DNA from: Burkholderiaceae bacterium | Lineage (GTDB): Bacteria; Pseudomonadota; Gammaproteobacteria; Burkholderiales; Burkholderiaceae_F | Direction: 5' to 3' | DNA length: 42,084 bases | NCBI GenBank assembly: GCA_041751715.1 | Contig: JBGSWY010000345.1 | Coordinates: 1-42,084, forward strand | The notes under the pieces: generated by a model | What the model saw: the letters and a program-made list of their open reading frames with translations, nothing else | What the model was told of the DNA's origin: nothing | The model's database searches: none | Shown here: in pieces, positions 35,421 through 42,084 of the stretch | Layout: every line of letters starts with the position of its first letter | Numbering within the stretch: position 1 is the first letter of the stretch | Translations under genes and position numbers: made by a program

Positions 35421-35559
35421 TCAAGCGGCGCCCGATGCACGGCGCGACCTATGCTACATAGGCAGACGCTGGTGGCACTCGATACAGGACTCATGGTTGA
35501 AGTTCTCGCTGGTGAAAACTTGCACACTTGAGCGGCAATGACATGAAGCCGCATACCTC

Positions 35560-36744
35560 ATGAATCCTGCACGTCCCGGCGGCGGCACATGGCTGTTCGT
35601 TTTGCCATGGGATCTGCATCATCCGGGAGGCGTGAATCAAGTCGTCGAGAGTTTGTTCGATGCGAATGTGCGGGTTCTGGGTAACCGCTCGCTACTGTTG
35701 ATCAAGGCGTGGAAAGCTCGTCGGGCGGACGTCGTTGAAATCGAAGGCAGGCGGACCAGCTACGGACACTTGCGCGGCCCCTGGGACGCGAGCCGTCCGG
35801 TGCAAAATGGTCTGGCGTTTCTGCTTGAGTGTCCCGCGATCCTGGCTCACCTGCGTCGTCTGTTGATACGTGAAGGCGTAGTGCGTATCAATGTTCACTT
35901 TCCGGACCTCGATGACTTGAATTGGCTCGTCGTAAGAGCCGTCCTGCCGGTGCGCCCGAAGTTGATTTTGTCGTTCCACGGCGCCGATTTGCAGCTGGCA
36001 GCAGCGACGACCGGTCTGAGCCGGCGTTTGTGGGTCAAACTGCTGACGAATGCCGACGAACTTATTTTTTGTTCTGAACAACTGCGCCAGGAGTTCGAGC
36101 AGGAATTTGGGCCGATGCCGAATTTGCGCGTGATTGATAACGGTGTCGATCCGGATTTGATTGAGCGCAAGACAGCCGAGCCTCCATCTATACAAGTTCC
36201 ACCAAAATGCATCGTTAGCCTTGCCACCTTCGAATACAAAAAGGGGCTTGACGTCTTGTTACGGGCTTTCGATCTGCTTGCACATCGCGACCCGGACGTG
36301 CATCTGGTCATCGCAGGCCGCGTGACCAGCGCCGATATGTTCGACAGCGTCGAAAGTCAGAGGCGGCAATTGCGTCACGCCGATCGTGTGCGGTTGCTTA
36401 AGGATGTGGACCACGGAGAGGCAATGCGATTGCTGCGGCACGCGCGCATTCTTGTATTGCCTTCGCGGCGGGAGCCGTTTGGAATCGTGGTGCTTGAGGC
36501 TGGAGCGCTCGGCCGGCCGGTGGTCGCCACCTCGGCCTGCGGCGTGTCACGCCGCCTGAGCAACGGTAGCGAGTTGCTGGTGGTACCGCCCGACGACGTG
36601 CCGGCGCTTGCGAATGCTATTGAGTGTGTCCTTAAGGACGGCGCACTGGCCGAGTCACTTGCCGCGTCCCTGCGGCAACGCGTCTATTCCGAGTTTACCT
36701 GGGCACGTATCGTGCATCGTTACGCGGCCATCGGTGCCGCATAA
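35560..36744 (+). CDS. Group-1 (GT4) glycosyltransferase
   Basis: LHHPGGVNQVVESL, IDNGVD, YKKGLDVLLRAF, and LPSRREPFGIVVLEAGALGRPVVAT (E-x7-E). Confidence 0.8.
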   Translation: MNPARPGGGTWLFVLPWDLHHPGGVNQVVESLFDANVRVLGNRSLLLIKAWKARRADVVEIEGRRTSYGHLRGPWDASRPVQNGLAFLLECPAILAHLRRLLIREGVVRINVHFPDLDDLNWLVVRAVLPVRPKLILSFHGADLQLAAATTGLSRRLWVKLLTNADELIFCSEQLRQEFEQEFGPMPNLRVIDNGVDPDLIERKTAEPPSIQVPPKCIVSLATFEYKKGLDVLLRAFDLLAHRDPDVHLVIAGRVTSADMFDSVESQRRQLRHADRVRLLKDVDHGEAMRLLRHARILVLPSRREPFGIVVLEAGALGRPVVATSACGVSRRLSNGSELLVVPPDDVPALANAIECVLKDGALAESLAASLRQRVYSEFTWARIVHRYAAIGAA

Positions 36745-36754
36745 TGGGGTCACG

Positions 36755-37591
36755 ATGGCGGATATACCTCAAACAGTTATTTGCGATCGGGCCGCGGCCC
36801 AGGCACCCTACGGATACGCGCCGCTGAAGCGGGTTGTGCGCCGTGCACTGGAGGCTTTGGCGTACTCGCGCGACTACACCTTCTTTCCCAACTGGGAGTT
36901 CGAAGAGAAGATTGTCTGTCGTCATTTGCGTCCACTGTTTCTGACATATGAAATCGGGTGTGTGCTGGATGTAGGCGGAAACCTCGGGCAGTTTGGCGAT
37001 TTCGTTCGAAACAAGCTCGGCTTTCGCGGGGTGATCCACTCGTTCGAGCCGGTGGCTCACCTGGCACAGCACCTGAAGCGTAAAAGCAGTCGTGACGATG
37101 CCTGGCACATCCATCAGATGGCGCTCGGCAGTAGCCAAGATGAAATCGAGATCAACGTGACCGAGTCCCCCGGACTGAGCTCGTTTCTGTCTCCGACCAG
37201 CGACGCCGTTAAAAACATCTGGGACAAGAGCGCGATCCTGGAGCGACAGCGAGTTGCGGTCGACACGGTCGACAACTTTGTACAGCGGCTCGACCGGGCA
37301 GTGCTGCCGGCCCCGACTTTCCTCAAGGTAGACACGCAAGGCTACGACCTGGAGGTTCTGAAAGGTGCCGAGAAGACGCTTGAAACAGTGCGTGCGGTGC
37401 AGCTGGAAGCGTCGGTCAGGCCCATTTATCAGGGCATGCCGGATTACCGCGAAGTGCTCGACTACCTTATCAATCGGGGATTCGCGCTGAGTACCATGAT
37501 CCCGCTTAACCACGATCAATCGCAGCGATTGATCGAGTTCGACTGCGTTCTGGTCAATGACCGCTATGCGAAGGATGCTCGCATCGCGTGA
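36755..37591 (+). CDS. FkbM-family SAM-dependent methyltransferase
   Basis: LDVGGNLGQFGDF, VIHSFEPV, DEIEINV, and TFLKVDTQGYDLEVLKGAEKTL. The ATG at 36755 follows the upstream stop at 36744. The longer ORF from 36608 overlaps the GT. Confidence 0.85.
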   Translation: MADIPQTVICDRAAAQAPYGYAPLKRVVRRALEALAYSRDYTFFPNWEFEEKIVCRHLRPLFLTYEIGCVLDVGGNLGQFGDFVRNKLGFRGVIHSFEPVAHLAQHLKRKSSRDDAWHIHQMALGSSQDEIEINVTESPGLSSFLSPTSDAVKNIWDKSAILERQRVAVDTVDNFVQRLDRAVLPAPTFLKVDTQGYDLEVLKGAEKTLETVRAVQLEASVRPIYQGMPDYREVLDYLINRGFALSTMIPLNHDQSQRLIEFDCVLVNDRYAKDARIA

Positions 37592-37595
37592 ATGC

Positions 37596-39077
37596 TCAGC
37601 GCGCGAATCTGATGGCGGCTCGAGCCAACAAGGCTTGTATCCGACCGACGACCACCTGCTCGGCGCCCGCAGGACGACCCGAAGCAATCCAGAGAGTGGC
37701 GAGCGCGGCCGGGTAAGTCACCACGCCGGCGCCAATGCCGGCCAACAGCAAGAGCCATGATTCCCCGAAGGATCGGTTGGCACCGGCAGCTAACACGCCG
37801 CCGACCACCGCGCTCATTGCGATCGTCGCCATCACCGGGCGCCACGCCACACCCAGCAGCTGGATAAAGCGCATTTCAGTGGTGCGCACCGTCATGATCG
37901 TGGTAATCACCACTGCTACTGCGGATGCAAGGAGTTCTGCGAGCGCCATCCCCAGGACCCCGAACTGAGGCAGCAAAGCAAACGCGAATCCAATCAGAAC
38001 CGCGAGCTTGAGCGCGGTCCAAACGGCCAAGGTTCGAGTGTTGCCGAGCGCCAGATACACGATACTGTTGTTGGCGGCAATCAGCTCCACCGCGCCGGCA
38101 ATCGCCAGCACGGCCAGTATCGGCCCTGCCTCCTGCCAGCGCGCTCCGAGCGCGACGTCCACCAGCGGCACTGCTATCAAAGCCAGCCCCACACTGGCGG
38201 GCAATGTGATCGTGATCGTGAAACCCACCACATCGAGGAATACCTGGCGCAGATGTGCCAGGTCGTGCGACAGGCGCGCCAGTCCGGGAAATACTGCGCG
38301 GTTAATTGGAGCGCTCACTTCGGTGGACGGCAGCCGCGCGATTTCCGAAGCCACCGCGTACAGGCCCAGCGGTTCTGCTCCGAGGCTGCGGCCAATGACG
38401 AAATGCGACAGTCGTGCCAGGCCGAAAGCCATCACATTACTCACCATCAGCCAGCCGGAAAAAGAAAACAGCTCGCGCCGTGCGGCCACGCTCAGGCGCG
38501 GACGATAAGGTTCGAGCAGGTAGCTGAGCAGCACGCCCGTGGCTCTGATGGCTAGCTGTCCGATCACAAGCGCCCAATAGTTGCGAAGCACGTATGCGAG
38601 GATCAGCGTGACAACGAACCCGGCCAGCCGCTTGCCGAACATGAAGGTGAATTCGCGCGAGAAATCCATGTTTCGGCGAAAGTTCACGACGCCGATATTC
38701 TCTGCGCCTTGAAGTGCCCAGCCGGCGGCGAGGACCGCCATTACGGTGACAAGTCGCGGCTCGTTGTAAAAATCTGCCGCCAGCGGCGCCAGCGCCAGCA
38801 TCAGCAGTGCACAGGCGAGCGCAAAACCGAGGTTCAAAGTCCATGCGGTGTCGTAATGAACACGCGTCGGGTTGGCGCGCTGGATCAGCACCACCTCAAA
38901 GCTGAAGGCTCCGGCCAGCTCGATCAGTGCGATGAACGACAGCGCCATCGCGATCAAGCCGAAGTCGGCCGGCATCAGCAGGCGAGCCAGCACCAGCATG
39001 CTGATCAGACCGAGCGAGCGGTCTGCCAAGCGCATCAGGATCATCCACGCCGCACCGTGCGCGATCTCGCTTCTCAT
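37596..39077 (-). CDS. wzx: Polysaccharide flippase (MOP/PST family, Wzx-like)
   Basis: About 12-14 TM segments. The N-terminus AAWMILMRLADRSLGLISMLVLARLLMPADFGLIAM is typical of the Polysacc_synt family. Confidence 0.8.
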   Translation of the reverse strand: MRSEIAHGAAWMILMRLADRSLGLISMLVLARLLMPADFGLIAMALSFIALIELAGAFSFEVVLIQRANPTRVHYDTAWTLNLGFALACALLMLALAPLAADFYNEPRLVTVMAVLAAGWALQGAENIGVVNFRRNMDFSREFTFMFGKRLAGFVVTLILAYVLRNYWALVIGQLAIRATGVLLSYLLEPYRPRLSVAARRELFSFSGWLMVSNVMAFGLARLSHFVIGRSLGAEPLGLYAVASEIARLPSTEVSAPINRAVFPGLARLSHDLAHLRQVFLDVVGFTITITLPASVGLALIAVPLVDVALGARWQEAGPILAVLAIAGAVELIAANNSIVYLALGNTRTLAVWTALKLAVLIGFAFALLPQFGVLGMALAELLASAVAVVITTIMTVRTTEMRFIQLLGVAWRPVMATIAMSAVVGGVLAAGANRSFGESWLLLLAGIGAGVVTYPAALATLWIASGRPAGAEQVVVGRIQALLARAAIRFAR

Positions 39078-39245
39078 GGATGCCCTATGTCGGCGAAATC
39101 ACCGTACTTTGCGCCGCTTATCTCGGGCGACCGCGGTTCGTTCATGTTTGATCTAATGGTCCGGTCCAATCCGCAAGAGCATCTCGATGCAGAAACAATG
39201 CGCATCTCCGCCTGAAGCCGCGCGCTGCGCCAAGTGCGGGCCATC

Positions 39246-40022
39246 ATGAAGGTTGTCCTGTTTTGCGGCGGCCTCGGGACGCGCCTGCGCGAGCACTCGG
39301 ACACGATTCCGAAGCCGCTCGTCGGCGTTGGCATCCGGCCCATCATCTGGCACCTGATGCGGTATTACGCGTATTTCGGACACAAGGAATTCATTCTTTG
39401 CCTCGGGTACCGCGGAGATTTGATTCGCGAGTATTTCCTGAATTACAAGGAATGCATGTCGAATGACTTCACCCTTTCGGAAGGCGGGCGTCGGATCGAG
39501 CTGCATTCAACCGATATACAGGATTGGCGCATCACCTTCGTGGATACCGGGTTGCATGCGAACATCGCACAACGATTGGTGAAGGTGCGCAGGCATCTCG
39601 ATGGCGAATCGGTATTTCTGGCCAACTACACAGACGGCCTGTCCGACATACCGCTCGATCAAATGATTGCGGATTTCCATTCGAAGGATGCGGTCGCCAG
39701 TTTCGCCGGCGTAGTCAACTGGCACAGCTTCCATAACGTGGCGGCGACCGACGATGGTTGGGCAACGCATATCGCCGCTCGCGCGCAAGGCGACTTCCTG
39801 ATCAACGGCGGTTTCTTTGTTCTGCGGAACGAAATTTTCGATTACATCGAGGAGGGTGATGAACTGGTGGAACAACCCTTCGCACGGCTGATAGACAAGC
39901 GTCTGTTAGCCGTTTATCGACACTTCGGGTTCTGGCGCGCGATGGACACATTCAAAGACAAAATTACCCTTGATCGGATGGAAGCCAGGGCAGATTGTCC
40001 GTGGATGGTATGGAAGTCATGA
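39246..40022 (+). CDS. rfbF: Glucose-1-phosphate cytidylyltransferase
   Basis: MKVVLFCGGLGTRLREHSDTIPKPLVGVGIRPIIWHLMRYYAYFGHKEFILCLGY, plus WRAMDTFKDK near the C-terminus. Confidence 0.85.
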   Translation: MKVVLFCGGLGTRLREHSDTIPKPLVGVGIRPIIWHLMRYYAYFGHKEFILCLGYRGDLIREYFLNYKECMSNDFTLSEGGRRIELHSTDIQDWRITFVDTGLHANIAQRLVKVRRHLDGESVFLANYTDGLSDIPLDQMIADFHSKDAVASFAGVVNWHSFHNVAATDDGWATHIAARAQGDFLINGGFFVLRNEIFDYIEEGDELVEQPFARLIDKRLLAVYRHFGFWRAMDTFKDKITLDRMEARADCPWMVWKS

Positions 40023-40031
40023 CGAGGGGCC

Positions 40032-40697
40032 ATGCTGGCGCTGACTCTCGATAGCCGAAGCAGGGCGGCGCTCGAGGTGCTGTGCATCGGAGCGCACTGC
40101 GACGACATCGAAATCGGATGCGGCGGCACGATAATGGCGATCCAGAAGCGTTACCCGCGCTGCAAAGTGCATCTGCTGGTGCTGACTTCCACGCCGGCGC
40201 GTCGAGCAGAAGCGGCGGCTGCGGCGAAAGCGTTGATCAGAGGTACGGCGCGCGGCGAAACACGCATCTGCGCGTTGCCGGACGGGTTGCTTCCGGCCCA
40301 CCTGCCGGAGGTCAAGGCCGAGTTCGAGCGCATGAAGAAGGCAGTCGACCCGGATCTCGTGTTGACGCACCACTGGCAGGATCGGCACCAGGACCACAGT
40401 CTGATCAGTCACGTCACCTGGCAGACGTTTCGAGATCACATGATCTGGGAGTATGAGATCCCGAAGTTCGACGGTGATCTGGTCACGCCGAACATGTATG
40501 TGCCGCTGCCCGCTGCGCTCGCCAATCGAAAGATTTCGCATGTAATGCGCACGTTTCGTTCGCAGCGTGACAAGTCCTGGTTCAAGCCGGAGAACCTGGC
40601 AGCGCTGATGCGTATTCGCGGACTGGAAAGCCGGTCCGTCAGCGGATACGCAGAAGCCTTTCATTGCAGAAAGCTGGTGAGCGGTATTTCGGACTAG
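40032..40697 (+). CDS. PIG-L/LmbE-family deacetylase
   Basis: VLCIGAHCDDIEIGCGGT (AHPDD-type motif) and HHWQDRHQDH (H-x-D-H zinc motif). Confidence 0.8.
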   Translation: MLALTLDSRSRAALEVLCIGAHCDDIEIGCGGTIMAIQKRYPRCKVHLLVLTSTPARRAEAAAAAKALIRGTARGETRICALPDGLLPAHLPEVKAEFERMKKAVDPDLVLTHHWQDRHQDHSLISHVTWQTFRDHMIWEYEIPKFDGDLVTPNMYVPLPAALANRKISHVMRTFRSQRDKSWFKPENLAALMRIRGLESRSVSGYAEAFHCRKLVSGISD

Positions 40698-42084
40698 GTT
40701 CCGGATTCCATCACCAGAACCCAGTCGCTAAAGCCTCCAACGTTGTTTCCAACAGGGTTAAACGCTCTGGAGCCGCTCGCCGCGAATGTGCCGATTTCCT
40801 GATACGCGGCATTGACCGGGTCATACCACCGGCATCGCACGTTGGGTCCGGCAAGCCGGCCCAGATCAATGGTCAGGCCGCTCGGCGCGCTGCTGAGGTA
40901 AGCAATCCCGAACGAACGATCGGCCGCCAGCGCCGCAAAGTTGAAATCGGGATCCGCACCCCAGCCATTCGTCATGAACGTTCGCGTGTCGTAATCAGGC
41001 ACCAGTTGAGTCCAGTTGCGAGTCGTGAAGACTACTGCGAAGTGCGTCATCGAGTGTGCACAGGCTGAATCCATCGCCTCGCGCCAGGTCAGCGGCGAGA
41101 AAACCAGGAAGAAACCACCGAAAGGCCACACCGCAACATGGCCGTAGACCGCGCCCGTTCCTCCTTGCAGGACCGAACCGTAAGCAAGCATCCGGATGAT
41201 CCTTTCGGAGACATCCGGTCGTTCATACGTGTCCTCGATTCTGAAAAATGGCTTCCAGTTCGGAGAGGTGTAGGCATTGTTCGCAAGGCTCGCCGAGACG
41301 TTCAGGCGGTCGTACAGTGAATTGACCTCGAACCAGTCGAGGTCTCCGGACCACCAGGCCAGCGCGTCTGTTTCGCGGCCTCCATGATGCGAGTGCAGCG
41401 CGTTCGGGACCACGCTGTCGATCCCATCGACCACGGCTTTCAACAAGGCCTTGTCCGGAGCGTCATAGTCGCCGCCGCTCATCCAGAGGATGTTTCTGAA
41501 GGCTGCGTATCGAGTTCCGAGAAATTGACCGTACGAATACAGCTTCGATACGCCGGTCGATCTCATTTCCTGATACCAGCCTTCGACTCCGCCCTCGTAC
41601 CCGTTGTAGGAGTGAAAGGCCAGGACCAGCATATTGCGTGATGAAGCCTGCTGAAAAATGAAATCGATCAGCTCCCAGTAGTCGCCGTTGGGCGTCGAAA
41701 AGTCCCCCGGCGTATTGAACGGCGGGTGGCCATAGGTGTTGATCCACGCCGGCGTCTGCTTCGAGTAGAAGTGCTCGACCAGGTTGACGGAGAAGGCATT
41801 GAATCCCTTCGCCTGTCGATTGTTGAGGTACTCGACCACCTCTTCGCGGGACAGATTGCATGCCAGCGACCATGCGGTATCACCGAGCAGGAAAAAGGGC
41901 CGGCCCGCTGCATCGGTGAGGTAGCGATTGCCGGGCACTGCCTGCAACGGAAAGACCGCCGGCGGTGGTGGCGGCGATGGCGACGGCGATGGCGATGGCG
42001 ATGGAGGCGGTGGTGCCGGAGGCGATGGTGTTGGAGGCGATGGTGTCGGAGGCGATGGTGCCGGCGGCGATGGTGCCGGCGGCG
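40694..42084 (-). CDS. Glycoside hydrolase-like protein (DUF4038/GH140-like TIM barrel plus C-terminal beta domain) preceded by a Pro/Ser/Thr linker; N-terminus outside the window
   Basis: The minus frame is open to the window edge. It reads ...PPAPSPPAPSPPTPSPPTPSPPAPPPPSPSPSPSPSPPPPPAVFPLQAVPGNRYLTDAAGRPFFLLGDTAWSL...NNRQAKGFNAFSVNLV. The C-terminus is RCRWYDPVNAAYQEIG...FSDWVLVMES. The listed 'Met' at 41947 is an internal TTG Leu. Confidence 0.65.
   Translation of the reverse strand, partial: PPAPSPPAPSPPTPSPPTPSPPAPPPPSPSPSPSPSPPPPPAVFPLQAVPGNRYLTDAAGRPFFLLGDTAWSLACNLSREEVVEYLNNRQAKGFNAFSVNLVEHFYSKQTPAWINTYGHPPFNTPGDFSTPNGDYWELIDFIFQQASSRNMLVLAFHSYNGYEGGVEGWYQEMRSTGVSKLYSYGQFLGTRYAAFRNILWMSGGDYDAPDKALLKAVVDGIDSVVPNALHSHHGGRETDALAWWSGDLDWFEVNSLYDRLNVSASLANNAYTSPNWKPFFRIEDTYERPDVSERIIRMLAYGSVLQGGTGAVYGHVAVWPFGGFFLVFSPLTWREAMDSACAHSMTHFAVVFTTRNWTQLVPDYDTRTFMTNGWGADPDFNFAALAADRSFGIAYLSSAPSGLTIDLGRLAGPNVRCRWYDPVNAAYQEIGTFAASGSRAFNPVGNNVGGFSDWVLVMESGT
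41973..42002 (-). repeat. GGCGAT/GGCGAC hexanucleotide tandem repeat x5, encoding (SP)5 on the minus strand
   Basis: Read directly: ggcgat ggcgac ggcgat ggcgat ggcgat. Confidence 0.9.
42006..42084 (-). repeat. 15-bp tandem repeat (GGCGATGGTGNNGGN), at least 5 copies, running off the window edge; encodes PSPP(A/T) pentapeptides on the minus strand
   Basis: Units start at 42006 (variant), 42021, 42036, 42051 and 42066. A partial unit starts at 42081. Confidence 0.9.

Noticed and set aside
35026-35541. Plus-strand ORFs 35026-35292 (88 aa) and 35320-35541 (73 aa), and minus-strand ORF 35345-35554, in the non-coding scar.
   Set aside because: They have no motifs or ribosome-binding sites. They lie over the frameshifted methyltransferase-like remnant and are most likely chance ORFs in decaying sequence.
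1-42084. Checked for CRISPR arrays, tRNA/rRNA genes, IS elements or transposases, integrases, and PEP-CTERM-tailed ORFs.
   Set aside because: I saw no spaced direct repeats, no cloverleaf-like or rRNA-like segments in the short intergenic regions, and no DDE/tyrosine-recombinase-like ORFs. No ORF ends in PEP plus a TM helix plus a basic tail. This was a by-eye scan only, so small ncRNAs cannot be excluded.

Overview
High-GC, proteobacterial-looking DNA. It is almost fully coding (about 35 genes) and is devoted to envelope and exopolysaccharide biosynthesis.

nt 1-13.1 kb match, gene for gene, the conserved exosortase-A (XrtA/EpsH1, PEP-CTERM) EPS cassette:
- Wza/EpsE-like exporter (cut by the window edge)
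- chain-length determinant
- tyrosine-kinase-like P-loop ATPase
- dedicated beta-barrel outer-membrane protein
- ExeA-like ATPase
- WecB
- CE4 deacetylase
- FemAB-like protein
- the two signature glycosyltransferases
- an AsnB-type amidotransferase

No exosortase, EpsI or PEP-CTERM-tailed ORF is visible anywhere in the window. No priming phosphoglycosyl transferase is visible either.

nt 13.1-42 kb form a variable tailoring region containing:
- five more GT-B glycosyltransferase-like genes
- a second CE4 deacetylase and a PIG-L deacetylase
- an AlgD-like GDP-mannose 6-dehydrogenase
- two methyltransferases, plus a decayed copy of one
- a Wzx flippase and an O-antigen-ligase/Wzy-like membrane protein
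- a secreted beta-helix protein
- two further AsnB paralogs, one with a degenerate glutaminase domain
- an ATP-grasp / GT-like / PLP-decarboxylase cassette
- RfbF
- a Pro/Ser-linker GH140/DUF4038-like hydrolase that runs off the 3' edge

The least explainable part is a three-gene module at 27.0-30.7 kb: two Tat-signal lipoproteins and a signal-less beta-propeller-like protein. It sits behind the only large non-coding gap, which carries a sigma54-like -24/-12 element.

I saw no rRNA, tRNA, CRISPR array, transposase or integrase.

All family calls come from reading motifs in the supplied translations. No database search was run, and most start codons are inferred from overlaps and motifs.
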